Origin: an uncultured Clostridia bacterium
GTDB lineage: Bacteria > Bacillota > Clostridia > Christensenellales > CAG-314
Assembly: GCA_947586855.1 (NCBI GenBank)
Contig: CANPXV010000001.1
Location: 81,350-145,349 of the forward strand
Length of the DNA: 64,000 bases
Reading direction: 5' to 3'
Shown here piece by piece: positions 40,901 through 55,900 of the stretch. The notes under the pieces were generated by a model. That model saw nothing but the letters and a program-made list of their open reading frames with translations. It did not search any database and was not told where the DNA came from. Positions within the stretch are counted from its first letter, which is position 1. Each line of letters starts with the position of its first letter. The position numbers were made by a program, and so were the translations under genes.

Positions 40901-43900
40901 GCGGATCTTGACGTCGGCCAAATCGTCGGGGAAGATGGGCACAGTGGTAGCCTGCGCTTGCGCAGAGAATGTGCTGACGTCCTCGGGACGAGACGTGCTG
41001 TACGCCTGGCTGCCCAAATCTGCAAAGTTGAAGTCCTTGTTCTCCGGGTTGGCGCCGTACATATATTCCAGGTCGTGCACCGTAACCGTTACTTTGCGCT
41101 TGGTCACCGTGTACACGCCGGCGCATTTATCGTTGTCTGTGTTCTCGTCTGTGTCGCCGTTTTCATCCCATGTGCCGACAAAGTGCACAACGTAGTTGCC
41201 GTTCGCATAGGCACCTGTGATGGCGTAGTTGCCGACGGGACGTCTTGCCAAATTGTTGTCGTAGCCGGCAACGGAAAGTACGATGCGCAAATCTTCGCCT
41301 GCGGGCAGCAACTTCTTGCTTGCCTCGTCGATGGTCCAAGCGTCTTGGAGTGCGTTGACGTTGAGTTCGTCCTCGCCGTACTCTACAGTTTGATTGTGTA
41401 TCGTCACGGTGATATCCACCGCTTTGATCTCCACGTAGACAACTTTTGCATCAACGGTGTAGTTGCCGATATCGGCATTGCCATCGCTTTGCGTGTCGTA
41501 GTCCACAACGACAGCGATTTGATAGATTCCCACAGCCGAGATAGAGTAGATGGGGTTCCAATCGCCGTTTTGCCACAGCTTGATCTGATAGCCGTACTTG
41601 CCGTTGGCAACCTTGTCGCCGTCCTTCACGTCCTTGGTGTAGGGCGTGGGCAGGTGTTGATCGCCGTTGTAGTTGTAGTCGTACTTGACGCTACCCTCGT
41701 AGTCGCCGGTGGCTTGCGGAGTGCCTTCTGCCTGCCAATTCGCCGAGATGGACCTCTTGGTGATATTCACCACCGAGTAGACTTGGTCGAACTTGATGCT
41801 GATGTTGCCCGTGGACACAAAGGATATGCTGTACAGGCCGGCGTCCAGATAGCCGCCCGTGCTGGCGTTGTCGCTGGAGGCATTTACCGTGACGCTCACG
41901 GTGGTATCTTTGAGCAGGAACTCGATGACTTTTATGAGGACGCCGTCGTACAGGCCCTCGCTGCCGTCGATCGAGGCGATGACAACTTCGTCGGTGCTAA
42001 ACAGCCATTCCTTGACGGCTTGTTCCAACTCGGCAAAGGTGTGTGCGCCCGATTTTGTCTTGCCGCTGGCAAGATATGTGCCGTACAAGCTGGTAAAGGG
42101 GTTAAATCCCTCTTCGGAACTCTTCAACTTGACGGTGAGCTCTGCCTGCATGATGGTCAGGGTAAGCGTAAACTCAACATTGTTGTGATTGCCTACCGAG
42201 ACGCAAACCGTCACTGTCCACACGCCGAACCCGTCAACGGAGATTTTGTCTTCGGCCAGTGATTCTGCCGGTTCGCCGTTGAGTTTGAGATCCTTGTAGG
42301 TTATGGTGGCGTCGGCATACGTCATATCGCCGGCAAATGCCAGGTACTCGTCGGTGACGCTGAGCTCGAACGGGCTGCCGCGATACACTTCGGTTCTGTT
42401 CCACAGCGTTCCGCTGAACGTTTCGTGGCGGTCACTGTCGGCGGAACGATCCTTTTGCTGAACGTCGGCGGGGGTAATCGAGAACAACTCATTGCCTTCG
42501 GCGTTTTTACCATCGGCATTTACAAAGTTCACATTGTAGCACAGGTTCTTCAAGCGATAGTTGGGATCGGTTGTGTCGCCGATGCTCTCTCCCCAGTGTG
42601 CCAAAATCTCGTAATCTCCGGTGGGTACATACAGAGCCCCCGTTGTCGAGGTGGCTTTTAGAGAGAAGCTGAGGAATTGCTCGTGGCCGGTTACAAATTC
42701 TTTGCTGCCGTCGGCGTACTCCCAAGCGACGTCCATTGCGTTGTTGAGGCGCGCACCGTACTTCACCTCGTCGGAGGAGCCGTACACCTCGTTGCGAGCC
42801 TTCAATTTGATGGTGATCTCGCGCGGCTTGATTGTGTACTCGCCCCAAGTGTCTTCGGTAACTTCTTCGTAGTCTTTTGCGTTCTCACCAACAAACTTTG
42901 TAAAGGTTACTGCGTAGTTGTAGTTGTTGCATTGGCCGACGATGTCGTAGACGCCGCCGTACAGGCCGTTGCCGTCGTTGCCGTTGTCGGTATCGCGGGC
43001 GGTTGTGCGCTTGGTGAGCGTTACAAGCAGTTGAGACAAGTCTGTTATTGTGTTAACTCCGAACACGTTCCGCCATTCATCCGATGAGTACTCCGTGGTT
43101 TTTGTAACTTGGGTTTTGCCCTTTACCACAAACCAATAGTTCGTCGTACTGCTTGCGCTGGGGTTGTCACCGTAGATTGACGATTGCGGCCTGAGAACCA
43201 CCACGATCCTGCGTGCGTTGATCGTAAAAGTACCTGCTTTGCCGTCCAGCCAGCTGCCCGCAAATTCTACTTCGTAGTTGTCACTGATGCAGTTACCGTT
43301 GATGGCATAGGTTCCAACAGACGAGCCTGCTGTTGCTCCGGTTGAAAGATCAATTTTGATAACATCATCGGTGTCATTGCCCACTTTCCAACCTGTAGGC
43401 ATTGTGCAGGTAAATGCATTTTTGTCAATCGGCTCGCCGTACTCAATGCTCATGTCATTGATGGTGACCTTGATCGTCTTTTTGCGGATCGTGTAGATAC
43501 CCGCAATGTTGGCGTAGTGATCGTCGTCGGGATCGATACCGCCCGTGAAACTGCCCGTGTAAGTGGGCATGTTGTAGTTGGCGTTGTCGCCAGCGTTCGT
43601 CCAAGCGGTCACATAGATAGGATAGTTGCCTGCAGCGGGATAGTTGCCGTCGGCAACAGGCTTGTAGTTATCTTCTCCATCGAAGTAGTCGATAAGAGAT
43701 GTGAGCAATGTGAATTTGAGCACGTCGCCCGTCACATAACCGTCGCCCACTATGGTGTACAGTTTGTCTTGTTGACCTATGCTGTCCCATTGAACGTTCT
43801 CCAACTTGAGCTCGTCGCCGTAGGTGCTGTACTGTCCGCTTGCAATGTTGATGGTGATGTTGGCTTTGTCGATGGTTAGCGTGCCGTTTTGCGGCGTGAT

Positions 43901-46900
43901 AGAGTAGCTATTCTTGATCTCTTCACTTGCCGTGGAATTCTCTCGGGTGAGTTCTATCGTGTAAGAACCAACTTTGAGCGCACCACCTGTGCTGAGCTGG
44001 TTGCCGAGGTATGTCACGGAGAGGACAAAGCCCATCAAATCTTCATCGCCGTTTACAAATGCCCTGCCGCTGCTGTAGTTTGCGCTGGCAGTGTAACCCT
44101 TTTGATTGATCAACAGGAATTTGCCGCCGTCTTTGCTCAGGTTCTTGTATGTTCCGTATGTCGCACTGGTGTTGGTGACGATAACCGAAACCTGACGAGG
44201 CTGCACGGTAAACACGCCCACGCGATTTGCGTATTCGCTTCCGCTGGGATAGAGTTCCTTGCCCGTCCACTCGCCTGTGAACGTGAAGTTGTAGTTGGTG
44301 AGAATACTGTTATCTGCTGTTGTACCCTTGCGCATTGCATTGATTGCGCTGCCGGTGATGGGATACTTGCCGGCATAGGACAGCGTGCCGCTATTATCCG
44401 GTTTCTCTCCGCCGTAAGCTGTGGTCACCAGCGAGAATGTTACAGACAGGTCATCCCTGAAGATCTCCCCCGTGAGGCCGCTTGCCAGCGATAACGTGTA
44501 GGCGGGGTTGTCGCCCTCGAAAGTTTGCAACAGGGCATATTCCTCACCGTAGACGCCGCTTTGGTTCTTGATGTTGACGTACACTGTGCGCACCGTCACA
44601 AAGAAGTAACCGTGGTTGGCTTTGCGCAGGTCGTCGCTGATGGGCGAGCTGTAACCCCACATCGCTTCGCCAACAGAGGTGCTGCTCTTGCTGAAGTCTT
44701 GGGGGAACTCTGCCGCCGCAGCATCACCATCGGGCAACGTGGTGCGAACTACTGTCACGTTGTAGTTTTTGTTGCCGACAGTGTATTGGAGTTCGTATGC
44801 GCCGCGAGGACGTACTGTGTAGTTTTTACCTGTGTTGTCAACGTAGTTTGTCAAAGACAACGTAATACCGAGGTTGTCGCCGGCTTTGAGGCCGTAGTAC
44901 TTGATGCCGTCTATTTCTGTTTCGTCCAGCACATCCCAGTCGTAGCCCTGGACAGATGTAACGTTGATTGTTTCTCCGTACACTGCCCACTGGTTGTGGA
45001 TAACAATGCGGATGTTGCGCTGGTTGATTGTGTACACACCGGCTTTTCCGTCGTTGTCATTATTGCCGTCGGTATCGCCTTCTTTATCCCAATTACCCTC
45101 AAACTTCACTTCATAGTCAATGCAGTTAGCAGAACCTGTGATTGCGTAAGTATCCACGCCGTTTTTGCCTGCGCTGAGGCCCTGACGGGTAAGCGTTATA
45201 CCCAGCAAAGTGCGGTCATCACCGGTTGCAAGACCCGTGCCTGCCGCCACAAGGGCAATGCCTCTGCCTGCGGTCTCTCCCTCAACCGTGTAGGTGAGGT
45301 CTGCTTCTTGCTCGCCGTAGACGCTTTCCTTGTTGTCGATTGTGACCGTCACGGGGCGAGGATTTACAACATACGTGGCCTTACTGCTATTGTCGCTTAC
45401 GATTTGGTAGTTGCCCGCCTTGGCGCCCGCAAGCTTGATGGTAAACTGATAGCCGCCCTTCTTGACGCGCAGGTGCTCGGTTTCGGAGTACATTGCGCCC
45501 GTGATGGAGATGGCAAACGAAACGTCGTCACCGTCGACCTTCCACTCGGAGCTGCTGCCCGTGGTGCGGGTCGTTGTGATTGCGGGCAGAGTTTCCTCAT
45601 CGCCGTAGATGATTGAGTGGCTCTTCACATCAATGTTGAGCTTGCGCGGGGTGATTGTGTAGGTGCCTGCCACAAATTTCACGTTGTAGTTGTCGTTATC
45701 CTTGGCGCCTGCTGTGAGTGTGGCAGTGATAGGATAGCTGTTGGCGTCGGAGCCTTTCTCGGCGCTGACGCTCATGACGATCTCAAGCTCGTCGCCTGCA
45801 ACGAGGTTGCCGCCAGTCACTTGCCAGCCCCAATCGCTCTTCAGTTCGTCGCCGTATTCGCTTGTGAGATTATCTTTGTTGGTGCCGAGCGTTACGGTGA
45901 TCTTTTTGGTAGTCACAATGTACGTACCCGCAACCAGGTTGAGATATGTGCCATCCTCAGTGCTATCCCAGTCGCCCTTCTTGCCGCCTTCCGTCCAGGA
46001 GCCGACAAAGCGGATCTTGTAGTTGCCGATAACTTCCTCGTATCCGCCATTTATGCTACCCCAGATTGGGTAGGATCCGGCTTTGAGGTGTTTAGACGTG
46101 CTTTGGTGGGCGCCGTTGCTGAGAATTTCAAGTTTGATAGCCTTTGCGAATGTAGCCTTGTCGAAATCCAGGATTGCAGCATTGCGCAAAGTGGGGTCGG
46201 TCACCTCTGCCTCATACGCAGGTGTCGCCAAATCGTTGCCGTACAACGTGGAGCCCGGCGTGATGTTGATGGTGATGGAACGCACTCCGACGGCAAATGT
46301 GCCGTAGTCGCGGTCGCCGCGAATTCCCGTAAAGGTGATTGTGTAGTTCTTGACCGTTTCGTTGTCTGACTCAACAACGCTGCCGGTGATATTGTAGTTG
46401 CCTGCGCACAGATAATTCGTGCCGTTTCCACGGTAGGAGGGGCCTTCGATTTTCAGTTTTACGGCATCCTTGATAGCTGCGAGGTCCTCAGGAACAATTC
46501 TGCCGTTCAGATCCTGCCAAGAGAGTGCCTTGTTCGCATCTTCCTCGGTCGTCTCGCCATAGAAGCCGCTTTCATCGTCGATGGTGAGAGTAACCTCTTT
46601 CGGCGTGATTGTGAACTGGCCGCAAACCTTGACGTCTTTGTCTTCGTCACCCTCAACTTGCGGGCGAGCAAGCGATCCCACCACGGTGATTTCGTATTCG
46701 TCGGTGTAAACCACAAGCTGGCCGGCCTCGTTGAGTTTGACCGTGTCGCTCAATGGCGTTTTTTCACTGTCGAAGATGATGTCTTCGCTGCGTTTGATAA
46801 CAATATGTATTGCATAGGAACCAACATCCTTGGCGCCGGAAACTCTCACGGACACATCCATGACAGGCAGGCCATCACCTGTAACAAATGTTACGGTGTT

Positions 46901-49900
46901 GTTGTCGCGGTCGTTGGTGACTCTCTCTGTCCAGTTGACGTTTTTGCTGTTATCAAGCTCTTGCTCTGTGCCGTCGTAGGGCTTGGAGATGTCTGTGATG
47001 GTGATGGTGATTGCGCGCTTGGAAACCTCGAACACGCCGGCTTTGTCCTTGTGTTCGTCCTCGCCTTTCCAGTCGCCCGTAAAGGTCACCATGTAGTTTT
47101 TGTTTTTCCAGTCTCCCGTGATAGCACATCTGCCGGTGTTGTGTGCACCGCTGGATATGTACACCAGTGTGAGGTCGACCCCCAAAGAGTCGCTGGATAT
47201 CACATAGTTACCTTTGGTTATGTTGTCCTTGCTGATACCGTCCTCGTTTGTGAAGCGCTCGATGTACCAGCCGTTTTCGCCGAGCCCGGATCCCTGCAAC
47301 TTGTTGAGGTTGGTGTAGGTGAGTCCGCCAAACACGCCGCCTTGGTTGTTGATGTGAACCGTCAACGGACGCGGTGTGATAAAGTACAGGGCGTAGGGGT
47401 TGTTGGTGTGCGCACCAAAGCCCACTTTGTTCAGCTCGGACTCTGTTTGACGCTCGTTCTTGGCGGCCTTGTCCGTATCGTAGTTGGCACCATAGAAGGT
47501 TACCGTGTAGTTGCTGTCGTTGCTCCAGCCGGCGGTGATGTGGTGTTGCGCCACGTCGTTGCCGCCTTCCTTTGCAAGCGTTATGCGTAGGTCGTCGCCC
47601 GCCACCACTGTGACGTTATCGTCGCCGGCGATCTTGCCGTTGTGGTAAATTGTGTAGTTGAGCGTCTCCGTCGGGTTGAGCGCCGCCAGATCCTCGCCGT
47701 AGACAGATGTGAGGTTGTTGATGATCACCACCAGATCCCTCGGCTTGACAGTAAACACTGCGTAGCCACTGTAGCTGACGGTGTAGTTGATCTTGATGTC
47801 TTCGTCGGCGTCCTTTCTCCATTTGCCGTCGGCGGAGTAGCTGTTGGCAGCCTTGGCCTCGCCCGTCAGATACAGTTCGATTGCCTGTGCAAACAATTCC
47901 TGATCGGCGGCCAGCACTCCGGTGTCGCCGGATTCCGTATTGGCTGTCCAGTAGCCATTGCCGTCAAATTTATTTACTTTTCTGCTCTTGTCGGCAAAGT
48001 CGTTACGCCAGTCTTGGCCGTTGTATTCGGCGTAGCGTTGCGAGCTGACCGTCACTGTGACTTCGCGCGGCTTGATGGTAAATTGACCGTTTTGTATGCG
48101 CTCGATTGTGTAGTTGCCCTCGGCTGCGCCCTCAATCTTGCCGACAATGTTGTAGGTGCCGGCGTTCCACTTGGCGGTGCTGTTTTCAATCGAGAGCGTG
48201 ATTTTGAAGTTTTCTTCGTCGCCTGCGAGAATGGCAGGCGCACTGCCGTTGAGTACGTTTTGGGCAATCCAAGCGTTTGCAAGCATTCCGTCTTGCGATC
48301 CTTTTTGTTTCAATGCGGGTGCTTGGTCTTTGCCCTTGTAGAAGTCTTCCTGATTGGCCACAAGGATCCCGATACGGCGAGGATAGATGCGGTAACCGTT
48401 GGTTACGTTGTACGTTGTGCCTTCCTGCGTGCCGCTCATCGGGTGGGCGGCGAGATCTTCTGCCGTGACATTGCCCTCACTGGGCCTGATGGAGCTGTTG
48501 TCCACCTCGAAGGTGAGCAGGTAGTTCTCGTTGTTGTAGGTGACGGTGAGACCGTACCAACCCGCATTGAGCTGTCCGCTGCCGGCATTGAAGTTGCCTT
48601 CTGCATATACAATGGCTATCGTGATTTCCAGGCTGTCGCGCTCCAACACTTGATACGTGCTTTCATCTGCAACTCTCCAAGCAATGTTTTGTGCAGAGCT
48701 GACGCCTACGCCGTTGGGGTGATCACGCAAGCCTGCCGGATGTTGGAAACCACCATATACGCCGCTTTGGGCAAGTATCACGATTGTGACCGGGCGCTGG
48801 GTGATCTCGTAGCCGTTTTCCGCTCCCTCGAAGGTCACGTTGTAGTTGTCGTTTTTGTAGCTTGCGCTGATGTTGTACTTGCCGACAGTGTTGGCGCCCT
48901 CTTTCTCTTTGGCAAGGGTGACGTTCAACGAGGCCTTGTCGTCGCCGTCGGCAAACTCGGAACCTGCTTTCAGACCCCAGTCGCTCTCGGTGAAGCTGTG
49001 GATAGCCTCGCCATATACCGTGGATTGAGACTTCACCACCACCGTGATTTCCTTGGCAGTGATTTCGTAGATACCGGCTTGCTTGTTGTTTTCGTCGTTG
49101 CCGACCCAGTTACCGGTAAAGGTCACTTCGTAGTTGCCGAGATTGTTTCCTGCGGTGACTTCGGCTTTGATTGCATATTTGCCAACCTCCCAGTCGCCTT
49201 CGTTGACAATGGTCAGCTCGATTGCAAACGCAGTTCTGTCGCCTTTCGTTGCGAACTCGGAGCCTTCGGCAAGTTTCCAATAGTCGCCATTTTGCTTTGC
49301 CTCGTGCGCGTTTTTCAAACCGGTGTAGACATTGCCAAGTTGGTCGGCGATTTCGACAACGAGTTTACGAGCGGTAATACTGTATGCGCCTTCCTCGTTT
49401 TGGAAGTCGATGTCGTAATTGTCGTTGTGCCAATCGCCCACAAGATCGTAGGTGCCCTTGTTGACATTGTGGTTTTCGTCGCGGCTTATCGTGATGTTGA
49501 GACTTTCAGCCGTGTCACCCTTGGCAAGGGCAACATTGCCGCTTGCACTGTTGGTGGCAACACCCACCGTGAACAAATTGTCTTCGGGTGTGCCTGCCGT
49601 GCCGTCATAGGTGTGCGTTTGTGCATTGAGCGAAACGGTTATCTTGCGCTTTACAATTTGCAACACGCCCTCAGCCTTGCCGGTGAGTTTGCCTTCGGCG
49701 GCACTCGACATAGAAATTTTTTTGGTCGACGTCTTGAAGGTTACCACGTAGTTGGGGTTATCCGTGTAGGTGACAAGCAGGTTGTATGTGCCAACCTTGA
49801 CACAACCCGTTACGGGGTCGCTTGTATTGTAGTCATCGTTTTGGAAGGTGCCAAGAGACAGCACGATTGTCAGCGTTTCGATATCCAAAATGCCGTTGCC

Positions 49901-52900
49901 GTCGACTGATTTGTCGGAAATATCTTTCCAGTTTACATTGGTCAGGCTGCTAACGATAATTTCATCGCCGTAAACTTGCTGTTGAACCTGAATTTCCACC
50001 GTGACATTGCGCTGTTTTACAGTGTAGGTGCCGGCGGTGCCGTCGTCAACGCCGAACTTGTTGCCCGCATTGGATTCGTTGCTCCAGTTGCCCGTCCAAA
50101 CCACAACTTTGTAGTCGGAGTTGTTGCAAACGCCCGTGATGGGGTATGCGCCCGCCTTGAATGCGTCTATGTGCGTGTTGAGCAGGGTGATTTGCAGGTC
50201 GTCGCCGTCAACTTTGGCGTTGCCTTCTTTGTAGGTGCTTGAGTCGTGCAACGTCGCCACCCAATCGGTGTCTTCAACATTGGCAAGCGTCACAGCCTGA
50301 CTGTTGTAGAAACTTTCTTGGTCGTTGATTTTCACTGTGATGAGTCTCTGCGTGATAGCAAACACTGCGTCGGTCGTCACATAGGTGATGTTGTAGTTGT
50401 TGTTTGCGACTTTGCTCGTAAACGTGTACGTGAGAGCATACTCGCCAACATGGACGTTTGTGGCGTCTGTGCGGCTCAACGTGAATGTGGCAAAGTAATT
50501 GACGTCCTTGCTGTCGTTGCGGTCGTAAATCTTACCTTTGCTGACGTACCAGTTAGCGTACTTGCCTTCTTCGTTGGTGCCTTGTACGGAGAGAATCGTA
50601 CCCGTTTCGCCGTCGTACTCGTGGGTTTGACGGGTGATAGTGATTTCCAACTCTGCGGGGTTGATGGTAAATACGCCTGCACCGTTAGTGTAGCTGCCAA
50701 TCACGATGTCGGTGTAATGGTCGGGCAAAGCGCCGTCGGTATCCACTACCCAATTGCCGCTGAACACCACTTCGTAGTTGCCGCTGTCGTTGTCCGTGCC
50801 AAGTTTGCCAACAAGGTAGTACCTGCCTGCATCGATGGGGCTTTCTGCCGTGGAGATAGTTATATCCAGTTTGTCGGCAAGGTCGCCCTCGCCCATGATA
50901 GCCGAACCTGCGGCGTTGAGTGCAGATACTGCCGCCCATTTGTCCTGAGCGGGATTGTCGCCATCAAGGGTGCCGCACGGCGTTCCGTCGTAGGTGGCGG
51001 ATTGGTCGAGGATGTTGATCAGGATCTGACGCTTGCTCACGTAGAACAGGTTGTCAATTGTTGTTTTGCCGTCGGCAAATGCGGGCTCACCTGCTTTGTG
51101 AGACGTCAGTTCTGCATATTCGGGCAAGGTGAGGTTGCTGTTGTCGCCTGTGAATGTGACAATATAGTTGCTGTTGTCGCAGGTGATTTCCAGCGCATAC
51201 CAACCAACTTTGAGGTTGCCGCTTGTGGATTTGTTTGTCGACTCGGCAAGCTTGATTGTGATGTTGAGATTGTCCGAACCCACAAGGCCGCTATCTTCAT
51301 CGGGAGACTCCACGTCGTACTCCGTCGACAAAACGCTGGGCGTTGTGCCGTACACGCCCGTTTGCGCCTTGATGGTTACTTCCACCGGGCGAGGGGTTAT
51401 GCTGTACGCAGTGTTGGATTCGTTCTCCACCGACAATTCGTAGTCGTGGTTGTCCCAACTATCCAACGATATCTTGTAGTTGCCGGCGCCGGTGCCACCG
51501 ACTTTGGACAAAACAAGGACCAGGGCAGTGTCGATATCGACTCCGTCCAATTTGTTGTCTTTGAACAGCTCGGCAAGCACGCCCGACACATCGGTAAACA
51601 CCCAAGCCTCACCATATTTGACGTTGAGCTCGGTCGGCTCGCTGCCGTTGTAGACAGATGTTTGCTCGTTCAGAGTGATTTGCACCGCCAGCGGGTTGAT
51701 TGTGTAGGTGCCTGCCTTGTTGAGATGTTCGTCTGCACCGCTCCAGCTACCGTTGAAGGTGACTGTGTAGTTATTTTTGGATGTGCCTGTCACTTCGCCC
51801 GTGATGGCGTATTTGCCGGCATGCCACTCGTTGGCGCCGTTGACTATCGAAAGCGTGATGTCGAATTTTGTCTTGTTGGGGTCGCCGCCGCTCTTATCGG
51901 CATCGACAAGCCCCTCAACGCTCCAACCGCCTTCTTTAGCGATATATTCTTCAAAATTCTTGCCTGCAAAGTCGCGGCTGTCGTCGTTGATGGTGACTGT
52001 GACGGCTTTGGGGTTGATTGTGTAGGTGCCGGCTTCGCCCTTGTGTTCTGCACCATCCCAGTTGCCCGTGAAGTCGATGTCGTAGTTGCCGTTTGTGTAG
52101 GTCGCCGTGATAGGATATTTGCCAGCATTGACGCCCGTGGCGGAAAATGTGATGCCGAGGTTATCCACACCTCTGACCAAAGCCGAACCAGAGTCGTTGG
52201 CTGCACTGTTGCCTACCGTGTAGTCGCCTGTTCCGAAAGTTTTGCCGCCAATGTCGGTGCCGTCGTATGTGCCGGACTTGTCATTGATGGTGACTGTAAT
52301 TTGACGAGGTTCCACCACGAAGGCTTGTTGCAACGTAAAGCTGCCGTCTACAGACGAAATAGCGTAGTCAGACCTTCCCGTGAAGGATGTTTCGTCATAG
52401 GTAAATGTGATGTTGTAATTTTTGTTTGCAGTAAAGGTTATCGTTACGTCGTAACCGATGATGTCGGAAGTAATTTCGGCACCATTGCGTTTGACTAACA
52501 GATAGTAACTTTGGAAGTAATCGTCGCCACTCGCGACAAGGTTTACTGTAAAGGTAAGGTTTTCACCAGTGACAAGGTTGCCGGAAACCAATTTCCAGCC
52601 GACGTTGCGAGTGATGTCGTAGTTGGTGCCGCTTGTGGCACGTTCCGAACCGTAAACCGCTGTCTGACGCATAAACGCCACTGTGAGATCTACGGCAGTG
52701 ACAGTGTAGACGCCCGCATTGCCGAAAACGGTAAACTCGCCCGCCTTTTCGTCGCTGGGAACGGACTCCCAACCGCCACTGAACACAAAGTTGTAGTTTT
52801 CTGCGTCGTTGTTGACGTTGTCGCTTATCGGCGTGCCGACGATAGGATATTTACCTACGCCCCAGGTGCCTGCAAGGTTGGTGCTGACGTTCCGTGCAAT

Positions 52901-55900
52901 GTGCAACTTATCGCCATCAACAATACCCGTGATACCCGTAGATGTGGATTCGAGCGTGGGACGCTGACCGGTGTAAGCGCCGCTTTCATCACCCAAAACG
53001 TATGTGATGGTCTTAGCCGTGACGGTGTAGGTGCCTGTTTCGCGGGTGATATTGTAGTTGGCACGTGCGGGAAGCTCTTCGTCGTTGATGGGTTTCAATT
53101 CAAGCGTATATACGCCCACCTTGATGTTGCCCGAAGTGCTCTTGGGCGGTTCTGTCTTGAACCTGACCTCGCCCAACTCTTTGAAGGCATCTACGTCTTC
53201 GGAGTAGTAACCGTCTCCGCTTGCCGTCCAGCCAATGGATTTCGCTGTATAGGGTGTGCCGTACACGACCGAAGTACTGTCGGGAGTGACGGTAACGTTA
53301 CGTTTTGTTATCTCGAGAGTTGCAGCTTCGCTTGTGTAAGTTGCTCCACCGTAAGAAACTTCGTATTTGCCATTAGGATCGCGAACATTTGTAAATTCGG
53401 TTTCACCTTGTACCACAATTTCGTAGTTGTCGGTTGCCTCTTCGCGCCCTTTGAATCCGTCGCCAAGTTCGTCTTCATCAGTCATTATGCGTGCGTAAAC
53501 GTAGCACTTAACCGAGTCGGCGACGGAGATGCCCGCTTCATACGGTTTGCCTGTGCCGGTGGCAGAGTCGTAATACCAAATGCCGATCACAACCGAAATC
53601 ATGTCGCCGTTTACAAGTGCCAAGCCGTTGCCATTGACAACGCCGCTTGCCCGCCAGTGGGTGCCGTGGGTGTTATCCAAAACCAATTCTTGGTGACCGC
53701 CTACAGTTACAACCTTTGCGTCATTGGGCAACTCGCCGTATTTAACCGATACGCTATACAGGTTGATGTAGATGATACGTTTTTCGATGTTGACAGCTTT
53801 TTTTGCTGTAACAACTCCATCTCCGTTGGGAGAGAGTTCTGTAGACGTGACGATCTCGCCATTGTTTTTCGTCCAATAATCGCTATCCCACAAGAACGTA
53901 ACTTCGTAGTTGTCGTTTTTGCACGATGCGGTGATATCTCCGTACTCGCCAACGTGCGTCAGATTGTCAGCCGTCGTGTCAAATCGGATATCCAACAAGT
54001 CACTACTGAGAATTGTGTTGGGGTTGAGTCTGCCGACAAGTTTGTCTTGTAAATCGCCGTAATCGGGTGTGTATGCGCCTTCTTTAAGTCGCCAAGCCGT
54101 GTTGCGTGCGGTGGAAAGGTTGGGCTTTTCGCCATATACGCTACTTTGACCGAGAATTTCCACCTCGATCTTGCGTTTGACAATGTTGTATGTGCCCGCA
54201 TGCTCCGCATAGGGCAAATCGTCGCCATACGAGCCACTGCCCTGCCAAGATCCTTTTAGCGTGAAGTCGTAGTTGCTGTTGCTGTACGTTACGTAAATTG
54301 CGTATGTGCCAACATCTCTGCCCAAATCTTTGAACAGATTGATGTTGAGCGTGCTCACGTCTCCGACAAGAGCTTTAATGCCCTCCTTGCCGTAATATAC
54401 GCTTTCCTCGGCAAGACTCAATGTCCAGCCGATACCTTGTTCCTTGTTGATATACTCCGACTCGCCGTAGATGGCGTATTGGTCGTTGATAGTGACAACT
54501 ACCTTGCGCGGAGTGATCTGTACGCAGTTGGATGTGCCTTCGAAAGTGACATTGTAGTCGGAGTTTGTAGCGCTTGCCAATACGGAATACAAAGTGACAG
54601 TTGTTCCTGCGTCCTTGCTAAGCTTGATGCCGAGCATTTCAAGCGTGTCGTCCAACTTGTCATCGGACAACTTTTTGACTAATTCGACCGTGCCGAACAC
54701 GTCTTTCAAAGTCCACTGTTTACCAACGTACTCTTTGCCAAAGGCAAGTATGTCGGTGTGATCCTTTCCGTCGTATTCGTAGGTCATCACGTCGGGGTTG
54801 ATTGTGAGCGTGATTTGCTTTTTGCTGACGGTGTAGGTACCCGCTTTGCCTTGGTAGTCGTCCTCGCCGGCCCAACTGCCGCCAAACGTGACATCGTAGT
54901 TGTTGCAAACCTGCGTTGTGTCGTGCGTAGTGTCAAAATTGCCCACCACGCGATAGCTGTTGGCGTGCAGATAACCGCTTGTGGCAATATCCGATGCGTT
55001 GTCGTACTGCACTGCAAAGCTGATGCACTTTGCAAGGGCCTCAAGATCGGCGGACAAAATTGCGCTGCCTGCGTAGTCAGAGGTTGCGTTCCAGGCGCTT
55101 TGTGCACTCAACTCGGCGTTGATTGCGTCCAAGGCCTTTTCGCCGTAGGTGCTGCCCGTATCGATGGGCGTGACGGTGATCTTGCGCTTGTTGACGGTGT
55201 AAACGCCTGCGTGGCCGCTGTACTCGCCACTCATGGGGGCGTCTTTCACTTGATAGCTGCCGTCGCCCGACCACTCGCCCTTGAAGTAGAACTCGTAGTT
55301 GGGGTTGAGCTCGCTACCGTCCACCACTATGGCATAGCCGCCATCCTTAACTTTGAGGACGCTGCTTGTGCCCGTGTAGCCATCAGCGGCAATCTTGAGC
55401 TTGACGCCGAGGTTCTCGTTTTTGTAGTGAGCCGTTCCCGTCCAGTTCTTCGTCAACGTGTAGCTTGTATAGGCGGACTCGTCCTCCACCACGCTCCAGA
55501 CGTAGCCGAGCACATCGTTGATATCCAGCGCCTCGCCGTAGTCGGACGACTTGTCGCCGATGTTGATGATGATGTGGCGCTTGGTGATCTCGTAGCCTTT
55601 CTCCGTTCCCTCAAAGGTCACATCGTAGTTGTTGTTGGAATAGGTGGGTACAAGGTTGTAGGTGCCCACATCGGCGCCCAAATCCTTGGTGATTTTGATT
55701 TGAAGGTCATCTTTTACGCCCTTTCCGGACGGCGTGACGATAGCTTGCGCACCCTCGACATCCTTATATTTGCTGTCGGAACTCAATTTTGCAGTCCAGT
55801 TTTCGCCCTCTGCTTCGCCGACAGGCTCGCCCTCGCCGTAGACGGAAGTTTGCTTGTTCAACGTCACGGTAATTTTGCGTTGGGTGATTTGCACGGCGTT